Source: Clostridia bacterium (lineage in GTDB: Bacteria > Bacillota > Clostridia > Christensenellales > CAG-138). Taken from it: 64,000 nt of DNA. Below, in pieces: positions 1 through 9,114 of the stretch. The position numbers were made by a program, and so were the translations under genes. The DNA lies in NCBI GenBank assembly GCA_017416425.1, contig JAFQCL010000036.1, positions 10,782 to 74,781 of the forward strand. The letters are read 5' to 3'. A model generated the notes under the pieces. It saw nothing but the letters and a program-made list of their open reading frames with translations. It made no database searches and had not been told where the DNA came from. Each line of letters starts with the position of its first letter. Within the stretch, counting starts at the first letter, position 1.

Positions 1-1
1 T

Positions 2-748
2 ATGGAAATGGCAAGCAATCCCTATTTAGATGCTGCATTAATACTTGTCTATTGTAATAGTGATGAAAATAAAGAAGGCAGCATATCAGATTCCCAAAAT
101 TCAGGCGGGCAAAGCGATAGCAGCTCAAGCGGGGGAAGTCAGAGTGATACAGGCGCCGGGAGCAAATCCGGAACCCAAAATAGTGCGCAGCAAAACTCTT
201 CCGCTAATGAAAACCCAATTAAGGATCCAATGACCGGTGCATATGTAGTAGGCGGTTCAGGGGTAAGCGTTAAGGGATGCGCTATTTTTTCGGGATGGAA
301 TATGGTGGGCATTTTGGATGTGCATGACACTGTTTTAATGCAGATTGGGAATGGAGGCTTTGACAAAGGAGAGCTTGCGATACCATATAATAATGAAAGT
401 GAAGAGCTGGATCTCCAATTAAAAAGGAAGGGTAGTCCAAAGGTTGAAATGGAACTTGGAGATTCCCCCAGGGCAAAAGTATCCATTACGCTCGAATGTC
501 GCGAACTTACACCCATTAGCGAAGGTTTCACTTGGCTACAGATAAAAGATCAACTTGAGGAAAATATGTCAAAGGAGCTGCATAGGGTATTTAAAGCGGT
601 TCAGGGATTAAAAAGTGATGTATTTGGATTTGGCCGTTATGCATCTCTTCATTTTTCAACCACAGAGGAATGGCAAGAATATGATTGGCAAGAAAAATAT
701 CAAAAGCTTGAGGTAGAATTTGATATAACACTAAAACTGGAGGAGTGA
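2..748 (+). CDS. Ger(x)C-family spore germination receptor lipoprotein, 3' part (5' end outside window)
   Basis: The ORF is open to the window edge. The C-terminal ~150 aa (KVSITLECRELTPISEG...DVFGFGRYASLHF...EVEFDITLKLEE) resembles the conserved C-terminal domain of GerAC/GerKC-type proteins. The neighbourhood contains sporulation genes. The family call is from memory of the domain, not a search. Confidence 0.5.
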   Translation: MEMASNPYLDAALILVYCNSDENKEGSISDSQNSGGQSDSSSSGGSQSDTGAGSKSGTQNSAQQNSSANENPIKDPMTGAYVVGGSGVSVKGCAIFSGWNMVGILDVHDTVLMQIGNGGFDKGELAIPYNNESEELDLQLKRKGSPKVEMELGDSPRAKVSITLECRELTPISEGFTWLQIKDQLEENMSKELHRVFKAVQGLKSDVFGFGRYASLHFSTTEEWQEYDWQEKYQKLEVEFDITLKLEE

Positions 749-751
749 TAT

Positions 752-907
752 ATGACATGGTTTATCTGGACAGGGATTGCATCGCTAATATTTACTGCAA
801 TATACGGCATACATAACATTAAAATAAAAAATACAGCAGGAGTCTTTGGTACTTTGTTTTGCATGACTCTAGTGATATTGGGCATTTTTGTGGTCAATTC
901 CCTGTAA
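752..907 (+). CDS. small two-TM membrane protein (51 aa), not in the ORF track
   Basis: ATG at 752 follows GGAGG (741..745) by 6 nt, and starts 4 nt after the gerC-like stop. Translation is MTWFIWTGIASLIFTAIYGIHNIKIKNTAGVFGTLFCMTLVILGIFVVNSL, two hydrophobic helices separated by a basic loop. Confidence 0.4.
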   Translation: MTWFIWTGIASLIFTAIYGIHNIKIKNTAGVFGTLFCMTLVILGIFVVNSL

Positions 908-948
908 TAAAAAAGTGTGCAGCATTTTTACTGTACGCAAAGTGAAAA

Positions 949-2439
949 CTATAATACAAATGCATCGATTATATCTGAGGCAATAGGCATTCTTGTAATA
1001 AGGAGCTTCATTCCCTCATTTGACGACATTCCAAGCAGATAAGGAGCTGCCCAGGCGGCATCAGAGGGAGCCATCCCTTGCGCCAAAAATGATCCTATTA
1101 TGCCGCAGAGAATATCGCCGCTTCCGCCTTTTGCGAGCTCACAGCCGCCTTTTATATTGTAGATGAGCCTACTCTTGGATGCGATAATGGTAGTCGCGCT
1201 CTTTAGTACGAGATTAACATCGTGCTGTGATACAAAGTCAAGCGCAAATTTTTGCAAATTCTCAGATATATTTTTTGTGGTATCTGAGCAAAGCCTTGCC
1301 ATCTCTCCAACATGAGGCGTAAGTATTATGTGCTTACCCGATGGAATAATGCCGCGTGCCGCAAATGCATTCAGTGCATCCGCATCCATCACGCATGGTT
1401 TATTTGAGCCGGATACGAGCATGGCTATATCAAAAACAGAGGGATTTTTGCCCATACCGCTGCCAATTGCTATTGCATCCGCCCATTGAAGCTGATCTTT
1501 CAAAACATCTTTGTGAAGAGAGTCCCAATCGCCTTGGATAGGCACGAGCATCGCTTCCGGAAGATTTGAAAAAGCTTCACATATACATTCTGGACAAAGC
1601 ACCCTTACAAGTCCTGCGCCGCTTTTTAGAGCAGCTTTAGCATTTATAACTGCCGCGCCCCGCAGATATTTACTTCCGGCAATTATTAGAAGCCTTCCGC
1701 TGTTTCCCTTATGTGCGTCAGGCTTTTTTATAGGCAACGCGCTTTTAAAATCTTCATCCGTAGCAATAAATTCATTGCTGCCGTATTCGTAGTCGGGTTT
1801 TAACACGCCTATAGGATACACCGTGGTATTACCGCAGTGTTCACGCCCCGGATATAAAAGCTGGCCACGTTTTTGTGTTTGAAAGGTGATGGTTTCATCC
1901 GCAATGAACGCATATCCGCATATGCGCCCGGTATCGCTGTCAATGCCGGAAGGCATATCAATCGCTACCTTGATTCCGGCTGCGTTATTCATGCGCAACA
2001 ACGCATGTTTATAGATACCTTCTACATTTCTAGTAAGCCCTGTTCCGAAAACCGCGTCTACGATCATATCATGATCTTTGTTTAACACTTTGTCAAATTC
2101 AGCAGGATCAGAAACGATATAAATGGGGAGAGAGCAATTTTGCGCTATCGATAGATTAGTGCGTGCATCATTTGAAAAACATTTACCATTATTTATAACT
2201 ATTGCTTTGGCATTATAACCAAATGTACAAAGTATTCTTAAAAGAGCAAGTCCATCGCCACCGTTATTTCCGCTGCCGCAAACTATCAATATAGACTGCT
2301 GAGTATTAATAAGTTTTGTGATATGGTGAAAAACAGCGATGGAAGCCTGTTCCATAAGTACAAGCCCATGCATCCCACATTCATCTATAAAATATCGGTC
2401 AAGTTTTCTTGATTCTAAAGCTGATAATACTCGTTTCAT
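949..2439 (-). CDS. nnr: bifunctional NAD(P)H-hydrate repair enzyme (epimerase / ADP-dependent dehydratase)
   Basis: 496 aa. The N-terminal YjeF_N-type region has GSGNNGGDG. The C-terminal carbohydrate-kinase-like region has KGGSGDILCGIIG. Confidence 0.9.
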   Translation of the reverse strand: MKRVLSALESRKLDRYFIDECGMHGLVLMEQASIAVFHHITKLINTQQSILIVCGSGNNGGDGLALLRILCTFGYNAKAIVINNGKCFSNDARTNLSIAQNCSLPIYIVSDPAEFDKVLNKDHDMIVDAVFGTGLTRNVEGIYKHALLRMNNAAGIKVAIDMPSGIDSDTGRICGYAFIADETITFQTQKRGQLLYPGREHCGNTTVYPIGVLKPDYEYGSNEFIATDEDFKSALPIKKPDAHKGNSGRLLIIAGSKYLRGAAVINAKAALKSGAGLVRVLCPECICEAFSNLPEAMLVPIQGDWDSLHKDVLKDQLQWADAIAIGSGMGKNPSVFDIAMLVSGSNKPCVMDADALNAFAARGIIPSGKHIILTPHVGEMARLCSDTTKNISENLQKFALDFVSQHDVNLVLKSATTIIASKSRLIYNIKGGCELAKGGSGDILCGIIGSFLAQGMAPSDAAWAAPYLLGMSSNEGMKLLITRMPIASDIIDAFVL

Positions 2440-3344
2440 GGCGCTATGTTAACAGCATTATGTATTGCCATTACTGCTACTTTTGTTGCGGCAGTAAGTA
2501 TTGGTAGTATATAACTTGAATCTATATCGATCTCACAGGTCGAAATACCAAACAAAGTATCTCCATCAAGCGTTGTATGAACAGGACGTATGGCAAGGGC
2601 AAGGCCATCATGTCCCATGCCGGCAAGCTTTGTCGCGCCTTCCCTTGTGAGAGTTGCGTTCGTAGCTATTATGCCGATCGTGGTATTTGTAAAGGATCGT
2701 CCCTTAATAGCGGTTTCATTATTTAAGGCAAGAAATCTATTTCCCTCATGCGCACCTGATAATAGTTTTCCGGAATCAGGATCATAAACATCACCGAGTG
2801 CATTCACAACAATAAGAGCTGCTACCTTTATACCATTTTCAAGGTCGATGCAAGCTGTTCCAATACCACCCTTGTCACTATAAATTGCCCCATAAGCCTT
2901 ACCTATTGTAGCCCCGCATCCGGCACCCACACTCCCCGTATCAAAGCTCTTTGAGGCGGCTTCGCATGCATAATAGCCGGCCGCCTGATCCGGACGCACA
3001 TTGTGCTTTCCGACAGCAAGATCAAATATTACCGCAGCAGGCACTATAGGTACCTTTGTTACGCCAACATCTATGCCGATATTGTGCTCTTCAAGAAAAC
3101 GCATAGCACCTGAGGCCGCGTCAAGCCCAAAAGCGCTTCCTCCACAGAGCATGATAGCATTTATTTTTTCTACAAGGTTATAGCCTCTAAGCAAATCAGT
3201 TTCACGAGTCCCTGGTGCGCAGCCACGCACATCTGCTCCACAGACTGCACCGTTATCAAAAAGCACGGCTGTACAACCGGTCTTTGCATCAAAGTCGGAC
3301 CAATGGCCGACTCTTATACCTGATATGTCAGTTATGGTTTTCAT
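2436..3344 (-). CDS. P1 (S58, DmpA/BapA-like) family aminopeptidase
   Basis: 302 aa. The N-terminus ITDISGIRVGHWSD...TGCTAVLF and the Gly/Ala-rich core are typical of the DmpA family. There is a 4-nt overlap with nnr. Confidence 0.75.
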   Translation of the reverse strand: MKTITDISGIRVGHWSDFDAKTGCTAVLFDNGAVCGADVRGCAPGTRETDLLRGYNLVEKINAIMLCGGSAFGLDAASGAMRFLEEHNIGIDVGVTKVPIVPAAVIFDLAVGKHNVRPDQAAGYYACEAASKSFDTGSVGAGCGATIGKAYGAIYSDKGGIGTACIDLENGIKVAALIVVNALGDVYDPDSGKLLSGAHEGNRFLALNNETAIKGRSFTNTTIGIIATNATLTREGATKLAGMGHDGLALAIRPVHTTLDGDTLFGISTCEIDIDSSYILPILTAATKVAVMAIHNAVNIAP

Positions 3345-4146
3345 GTAAGTTTCTCCTTAATGATACATCTCCTGAATCTATTATATGAAGTCTTCCATCG
3401 AAAGCTTTTAGTATAAGTAATCCATTTTCATCAAACCCCTTAACAATGCCATCTATCACCGAATCGGCTCTTATAATGCGAACGGGGGTATCGATTATAA
3501 GAGAGCTTGCGGAAAAATCAGAAAGCAGGTCGTCAAATCGCTCATCAATCAGCTTCACATGTCTATCTATCTCCCATATTATGCTTGATATAAGCCGGTT
3601 TACGTCAAATTCCACACCCGCCTTTTTGAGCGAGATAGCGGTGTTCGATATCTCCTGTGGAAATAAGGTTTGATAGAGATTTAAACCAATGCCTATTATC
3701 GCGCAGCAGAAATTCTTTTCGGTAATAAGCTCCGACATGATACCGCATAGCTTAAGGTCGTTTAAAAATATATCGTTTGGCCATTTGATTTTTACAGAAA
3801 CAATCGGCCTGAGCGCACGGATCATTGCAACGGCGGCAGCAATAACAAGCTTTGGTGCATCGCTAAGCCTTTTAGGAGAAGCAACACATATACTCATGTA
3901 GAGGGCTTCACCTGATGGGGAATACCATGTTTTTCCACGACGTCCACGCCCTTGCGTCTGAGAATCGGCAATTATTATGCTGCCAGGTCCTGCTTGGTTT
4001 TTATGTATAGCACGTTTTAGCTCAGCATTAGTTGAGTCTGTTTCCGGCAGAAATTCTATATTGTAGTTTAGACCCTGTTTATCTAGCGTAACTGATATTG
4101 CCTTTGTATTTATGGTATTATTCATAGTAGTCTTCGGATGAGTCAT
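3328..4146 (-). CDS. birA: biotin--[acetyl-CoA-carboxylase] ligase, group I (no N-terminal HTH)
   Basis: It carries the GRGRRGKTW biotin/ATP-binding motif and KWPNDI. At 272 aa it has no winged-helix repressor domain. The start could instead be the internal Met at 4125. Confidence 0.85.
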   Translation of the reverse strand: MTHPKTTMNNTINTKAISVTLDKQGLNYNIEFLPETDSTNAELKRAIHKNQAGPGSIIIADSQTQGRGRRGKTWYSPSGEALYMSICVASPKRLSDAPKLVIAAAVAMIRALRPIVSVKIKWPNDIFLNDLKLCGIMSELITEKNFCCAIIGIGLNLYQTLFPQEISNTAISLKKAGVEFDVNRLISSIIWEIDRHVKLIDERFDDLLSDFSASSLIIDTPVRIIRADSVIDGIVKGFDENGLLILKAFDGRLHIIDSGDVSLRRNLHENHN

Positions 4147-4642
4147 CTATATTAAATTCAACCGAATTTGAAACTTTTTCCATTGCTATACGGATCGTAG
4201 AATAATCATAGCCTCTTGATTTTAACCTGCTTGCGGTACGATCTTTTCTCTGCTTTTCATCCCTGTCCGCAAATTGAGCATAGAACTTTTCAGCAGTAGC
4301 TATGGCGTTATTTTGCTCAGTCTCATCATCTATCAAAAGAAGAGCTTCTTTTATTATATCAGTATCTATTTCATGCTTTAAAAGTTGTTCAAAGAGCCTC
4401 CTTTTACTGATGGGCTTTGTTGCAAGGCGTGTTTCAATGAATTCCTTTGCATACTTTGCATCATTAAGGTAGTCAAGCTCCTTTAAGCGCTCAACCGTAG
4501 CATAAACATCATACTCGGCGTAGTGACAGGAATCAAGATGATATTCCACCTCACGTACGGTTCGAGCACGCCCGGTCAAATATTTTAATGCTGTATCCAT
4601 TGGAGAAGATACAGATACTGATTGTTGTTTTTTATTTCTCAT
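4118..4642 (-). CDS. recX: RecA regulator RecX
   Basis: 174 aa helical-repeat protein. YLTGRARTVREVEYHL and the repeated ~45-aa helical units are typical of RecX. Confidence 0.75.
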   Translation of the reverse strand: MRNKKQQSVSVSSPMDTALKYLTGRARTVREVEYHLDSCHYAEYDVYATVERLKELDYLNDAKYAKEFIETRLATKPISKRRLFEQLLKHEIDTDIIKEALLLIDDETEQNNAIATAEKFYAQFADRDEKQRKDRTASRLKSRGYDYSTIRIAMEKVSNSVEFNIDDSSEDYYE

Positions 4643-4832
4643 GTAATATTACCATTACTTTATTTAAATTCAAGTTTCCTTTCTAATAAATTAGTATTCA
4701 ATTTTATCAAAATTCTACCACCAGATATTTCTTTCTTTGTAAACAAATTTTATCAGGTTTTCCTCAATAAAACAATAATAATTTTGAGCATTTAAGATCA
4801 AACTATTATCGACAAACCACAAGGAGGTCATT

Positions 4833-5111
4833 ATGTCAAAGCAATCAACAACAACTAACAACTTTGACCAGTTCTTCAACCCAACCGGAAGCACGAACTG
4901 GAACACAGAGGCCGGCTGCTCTCAGATCGATTCAAAGGATCTTGGAACAGTTCAGGATGCGCTTTATAATGAGGCGCTTGCCTACAAAAAGTGTTCGCTT
5001 TATGCGGACAGACTAACTGATCCTCAGCTGAAAACTATGGCGGCAAATGCTGCACATCACCATAAGCAGCATTTTGATTCACTGCAGCGCTATCTTGATG
5101 GAACCAAATAA
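4833..5111 (+). CDS. small spore-coat-like protein (CotF-related, tentative)
   Basis: Strong SD AAGGAGG (4821..4827). 92 aa with a His-rich helical C-terminus (AANAAHHHKQHFDSLQRYL). It is paired with a clear CotF-domain gene downstream. Confidence 0.45.
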   Translation: MSKQSTTTNNFDQFFNPTGSTNWNTEAGCSQIDSKDLGTVQDALYNEALAYKKCSLYADRLTDPQLKTMAANAAHHHKQHFDSLQRYLDGTK

Positions 5112-5122
5112 GGAGGAACACT

Positions 5123-5407
5123 ATGGCTAATCAAAATCAGATGTTATCCGAAAAGGAACTAGTTCAGGATATTTTAAATGAGGAGAAATCCCTTGTTAAG
5201 CAATATGCAGGCGATATAGTTGAAACTGCTTCACCTGGGCTTCGAGCTATTATGATGAGTATAATGAGCGAATGTGCATCCGATCAGTATAGCATTTTTG
5301 ATGAAATGCATAAGCGTAACTGGTATAAAACTAAGGAAGCACAGCTCTCAGATATTCAGACGGCAAAGCAGGATATGCAGCAGCTGAGAACACAGACGGG
5401 CATCTAA
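5123..5407 (+). CDS. CotF-family spore coat protein
   Basis: SD AAGGAGG lies upstream. LSEKELVQDILNEEKSLVKQYAGDIVETASPGLRAIMMSIMSECASDQYSIFDEMHKRNWY matches the Coat F domain pattern. Confidence 0.7.
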   Translation: MANQNQMLSEKELVQDILNEEKSLVKQYAGDIVETASPGLRAIMMSIMSECASDQYSIFDEMHKRNWYKTKEAQLSDIQTAKQDMQQLRTQTGI

Positions 5408-5449
5408 TGCATTATGGGCGGGTAATTGCGGTTATCCGCCCCACAGCAT

Positions 5450-5722
5450 ATGACAAAAAGAAAGACAATAGTTGTTTTGATTGCAGCAATAGTTGTACTT
5501 CTCGTTGCAGGTATAGTGTTCATCGTTGCATTCGTTAATGATAATGATGAACTTACGGGAAACAGACTGAAATTTGTTATGAAGGAAAATAATATGGATA
5601 TTGAAAAAGACTCACGTATGCGGGAGGTAAGCATCGGGATTGTATTTGGAGCATGTGAGCACCCAGCGGAGCAAGAGATAAGGACTAAACCCATTTATAA
5701 ACCGGATAAAGAGAGGTGTTGA
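5450..5722 (+). CDS. hypothetical N-terminally membrane-anchored protein
   Basis: The ORF sits between cotF and spoVAC. From Met 5450 it reads MTKRKTIVVLIAAIVVLLVAGIVFIVAF, a signal-anchor. No clear SD and no recognisable domain. Confidence 0.3.
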   Translation: MTKRKTIVVLIAAIVVLLVAGIVFIVAFVNDNDELTGNRLKFVMKENNMDIEKDSRMREVSIGIVFGACEHPAEQEIRTKPIYKPDKERC

Positions 5723-5724
5723 TA

Positions 5725-6171
5725 ATGGCGTATTCAGATAAAGAAAAGAAACGATATCAGAAACAGGTTACTGAGCGAATGCCTAAATCAAACGCGTTTG
5801 TTCAATGTATATCTGCTTTTTTGGTCGGCGGCTTAATATGTTGTATCGGTCAGGCTATTATGACACTTGGTACTGAATTCTTTAAATTTAGTAAAGAAAA
5901 TACCGCTGCATTTACATCCATGAGTATGATCTTTTTAGGCTCATTCTTAACAGGCCTTGGTGTGTACGACAAGATCGGCAAAGTGGCGGGCGCCGGCTCA
6001 ATTATACCGATAACCGGATTTGCAAACTCTATAGTCGCACCGGCCATGGAGCATCGATTTGAGGGATATATTTTGGGTGTTGGAGCTCAGATGTTTACAG
6101 TAGCAGGTCCTGTGCTTGTTTACGGTGTTATCTCCTCAATCATAGTAGGAATAATATACTGTTTTATTTAA
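5725..6171 (+). CDS. spoVAC: stage V sporulation protein AC
   Basis: SD GAGAGGTG precedes ATG 5725. It is a four-TM protein with AFLVGGLICCIGQ and GAGSIIPITGFANS, typical of SpoVAC. Confidence 0.9.
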   Translation: MAYSDKEKKRYQKQVTERMPKSNAFVQCISAFLVGGLICCIGQAIMTLGTEFFKFSKENTAAFTSMSMIFLGSFLTGLGVYDKIGKVAGAGSIIPITGFANSIVAPAMEHRFEGYILGVGAQMFTVAGPVLVYGVISSIIVGIIYCFI

Positions 6172-6182
6172 CAGGAGGTGCC

Positions 6183-7232
6183 ATGTATAAAAAAATAGGA
6201 AGACAAAGCGTAGCCTTTAAGGAACCGGTAAGAATACTATCATCAGGTACCGTAGTCGGAAAAAATGAAGGCAAAGGGCCTTTATCGACCTTCTTTGATG
6301 TGATTGTAAATGATGATATGTGGGGAACAGACAGCTTCGAAAAATGTGAACGCAAAATGTATGAGCAGGCTGTAAGGATAGCGGTGCAAAAATCAGGGAT
6401 TGAGCTTAACGGTGTAGATTATCTTCTCGGAGGTGATCTTTTAAATCAAATAACCACGGCAAGTTATGCTGCAAGGGAACTAGAAATTCCTTTTTTGGGT
6501 CTATATGGAGCTTGTTCAACTATGGCTGAATCATCCCTTTTAGGAGCTATGTTAATTGATGGTGGTTTTGCAAATACGGTCGCATGTGCAGCCAGTAGCA
6601 ATTTTGCCGCAGCGGAAAGACAGTATAGAATGCCGCTAGAGCTGGGAGGACAGGATACCCCGACAACTCAGCGCACTGTTACAGGTGCGGGTTCCTTGCT
6701 TTTAACATGCGGAAGCAATAAAACTACAAGAAAAGAACGGCCCGAGATACTTGAACATGTATATATCACGCATGGTACTATCGGTAAAGTTGTTGATTTT
6801 GGTATTACAGATGCTAATAATATGGGTGCTGCAATGGCTCCAGCAGCGATGGATACTTTGCTTCGTCATTTTGAAGATACCGGAAGAACGATAGATGATT
6901 ACGATCTGATCATAACAGGGGATCTTGGAAGCTTTGGTTCAGAAATGCTGATAAACCTATGTAAGGGCAGGGGAGTTGATATAGAGTCTAAGCATATAGA
7001 TTGCGGAAACATCATATATTCTAAAGAACTCAATATACCTTGCGGAGGAAGTGGTTGCGGTTGTTCGGGCGTTGTCATGGGAGGATATCTTCTAAAGCGC
7101 CTTGACGCATGTGATTACAGTCGCTGCTTTTTTATGGCAACAGGCGCACTTATGAGTCCAACCGTAAATATGCAGGGGGAAAGCATCGCTTCCATTGCAC
7201 ATGGCGTTTCCATAGAAAGGCTGGTGATTTGA
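6183..7232 (+). CDS. spoVAD: stage V sporulation protein AD
   Basis: 349 aa thiolase-fold-like protein (LYGACSTMAES...). It holds the conserved position between spoVAC and spoVAE. Confidence 0.9.
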   Translation: MYKKIGRQSVAFKEPVRILSSGTVVGKNEGKGPLSTFFDVIVNDDMWGTDSFEKCERKMYEQAVRIAVQKSGIELNGVDYLLGGDLLNQITTASYAARELEIPFLGLYGACSTMAESSLLGAMLIDGGFANTVACAASSNFAAAERQYRMPLELGGQDTPTTQRTVTGAGSLLLTCGSNKTTRKERPEILEHVYITHGTIGKVVDFGITDANNMGAAMAPAAMDTLLRHFEDTGRTIDDYDLIITGDLGSFGSEMLINLCKGRGVDIESKHIDCGNIIYSKELNIPCGGSGCGCSGVVMGGYLLKRLDACDYSRCFFMATGALMSPTVNMQGESIASIAHGVSIERLVI

Positions 7233-7597
7233 TGGACATGCTTATGAATTTTGTATGGGCTTTTATTATTGGTGGAGCCATATGTGTTGTTGGCCAGTTG
7301 TTACTTAGTTTTACAAGGCTTACATCCGCAAGAATACTTGTTTTATTCGTTGTGCTTGGTGTATTTCTTACCGCTATAGGTATATATGAGTCAATCGTAG
7401 AGCTTGGAGGGGCGGGAGCAACCGTACCGCTTACCGGATTTGGATATTCACTTGCAAACGGCGCTATCGAAGGTGCTATGGAAAACGGTATTATCGGTGC
7501 GATAACAGGCGGCCTTACGGCTACTGCTGCCGGGATCGCGGCTGCAATATTCTTTGGATACCTGTTTGCTATAATATTCAAACCTCATTCAAAGTAA
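7229..7597 (+). CDS. spoVAE: stage V sporulation protein AE (AEB-type)
   Basis: 122 aa membrane protein with GAGATVPLTGFG, paralogous to the SpoVAC motif. There is an ATGA overlap with spoVAD. Confidence 0.85.
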   Translation: MMDMLMNFVWAFIIGGAICVVGQLLLSFTRLTSARILVLFVVLGVFLTAIGIYESIVELGGAGATVPLTGFGYSLANGAIEGAMENGIIGAITGGLTATAAGIAAAIFFGYLFAIIFKPHSK

Positions 7598-7612
7598 ATT
7601 TTAGCTTTTTAT

Positions 7613-7647
7613 CACACGCATTTTTGAACTAGTGCGTGTGTTTTTTA
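7613..7647 (+). terminator. intrinsic terminator after spoVAE
   Basis: CACACGCA (7613..7620) pairs with TGCGTGTG (7633..7640) and is followed by TTTTTTATTT. Confidence 0.7.
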
Positions 7648-7696
7648 TTTGCGATATGGTATAATAATTTGATTATAAATCCAGGAGGTAACTTTT

Positions 7697-8440
7697 ATGG
7701 CAAAAATATGGGCGCATAGGGGAGCAAGCGCATATGCCCCTGAGAATACAATCGAGGCTTTTAAGCTTGCGGCTGAAATGGGAGCTGATGGAGTTGAACT
7801 CGATGTTCATATGAGTAAAGATGGCAAACTCGTGGTAATTCATGATGAAAAGATAGATAGAACCTCAAATGGTACCGGCTATGTAAAGGATATGACTGTA
7901 AAAGAGCTTAAGTCATACGATTTTTCAGCAGGAAAAACAGGCTTTAAAAACATACGCATACCGACCTTGCGAGAAGCCTTAAACTTTTTAAAGCCTCTGA
8001 ACATTGACGTAAATATAGAAATAAAGGCTGATAAAGTGATCTACGAGGGTATATGTGAAGATGTAATAAAGACAGTAGATTTGGTAGGCGTAGGCGATAA
8101 GGTGATCTACTCATCCTTCAATCACTATATTCTTATGAAGATGCGCGAGATAAACCCTGCAGTACGAATTGGATTGCTTTATGCTGGGGCCCTATTTGAG
8201 CCTTGGGTGTACGCAAAACAGCTTAAGGCTAACGCGATTCATCCCAATTTTGCAATACCTATTAACATAAAAAATACCGTAGCTGCTTCCCATGCTAACG
8301 GAATAGCAGTGCACGCCTGGACAGCTGATGATCCTGAGATAGTAGCTAAACTTGCTGCCATTGAGGTAGATGCAATAGTTACAAACAGACCCGATGTGGC
8401 GGTAAGAGTCAACAAAGGTGAAATTATCTATAAGAACTGA
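7697..8440 (+). CDS. glycerophosphodiester phosphodiesterase
   Basis: WAHRGASAYAPENT and VELDVHMSKDGKLVVIHD are GDPD-domain signatures. An extended -10 TGGTATAAT lies at 7657..7665. Confidence 0.85.
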   Translation: MAKIWAHRGASAYAPENTIEAFKLAAEMGADGVELDVHMSKDGKLVVIHDEKIDRTSNGTGYVKDMTVKELKSYDFSAGKTGFKNIRIPTLREALNFLKPLNIDVNIEIKADKVIYEGICEDVIKTVDLVGVGDKVIYSSFNHYILMKMREINPAVRIGLLYAGALFEPWVYAKQLKANAIHPNFAIPINIKNTVAASHANGIAVHAWTADDPEIVAKLAAIEVDAIVTNRPDVAVRVNKGEIIYKN

Positions 8441-8470
8441 GAGCCTTCACGGGTATTCATAAAACATTTT

Positions 8471-8507
8471 AAGGGATTATATCGTTTTTGATACAATCCC
8501 TTTTTCT
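8471..8507. terminator. hairpin between convergent glpQ-like and GNAT genes
   Basis: AAGGGATT (8471..8478) pairs with AATCCCTT (8495..8502). It is flanked by a T-run on the plus strand and an A-run upstream. Confidence 0.55.
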
Positions 8508-8513
8508 TTCGAC

Positions 8514-9044
8514 TCATATAGAGTTTTTGTCTATGTAGAGCATACCGTATAAATATTCACTTTGCTCTCCAGTCAAATAGTTTATGCCATTTTCTTCCTC
8601 TATTTCAAAGCCGCATTTTCTATGTGTCGCAAGAGAAGGCACGTTCTCCTTATCCACATTGCTGCGAATGATTACTCCTCCTCGCTTCCTAAGCAGCAAA
8701 ATCACCTCATTAATGATCTTGGCAGCAAACCCTTTTTTTCTATATTCAGCAGAAGTTTCCAATGCTTCCAGGTAATAGAAATCACTAATCCTTGTCAATC
8801 TAAGGGCGCTGACCCATTGCCCATCGTTTTCAAGAACGTAATATTTATTTTCCTCATTTTGCAAGAATGTTCTTAGAAAATCCATAGCCAGAATTTCTTC
8901 CTGTTTAATAGCTTCTTCACAATCTACGATTTCAGGGTATCTGCACTCTGCGTTTTCTGCATTCGATTCAGCGTATATTTCACGTACCATACGATACATT
9001 TCGCTTTCATCCATTACATCAAATTCTATAAGCTTAATTGACAT
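8514..9044 (-). CDS. GNAT-family N-acetyltransferase
   Basis: Acetyl-CoA-binding pattern AEYRKKGFAAKIINEVILLLRK. Met 9044 is preceded by GGAGG at 7 nt. The longer track ORF start at 9074 lacks an SD. Confidence 0.75.
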   Translation of the reverse strand: MSIKLIEFDVMDESEMYRMVREIYAESNAENAECRYPEIVDCEEAIKQEEILAMDFLRTFLQNEENKYYVLENDGQWVSALRLTRISDFYYLEALETSAEYRKKGFAAKIINEVILLLRKRGGVIIRSNVDKENVPSLATHRKCGFEIEEENGINYLTGEQSEYLYGMLYIDKNSI

Positions 9045-9114
9045 TCCATTTCCTCCTTCAAATCGGTGATCCAAAACTGTTTACAAATACCGGCTATCCA
9101 GACTTTTTGTATAT

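Noticed and set aside
4817-4827. CCACAAGGAGG recurring before cotF-like (4817..4827), before kal (43874..43884, minus) and in both leader modules, considered as a distinct motif
   Set aside because: It is most simply an extended SD context complementary to the 16S 3' end. Alone it is not evidence of a shared regulator.
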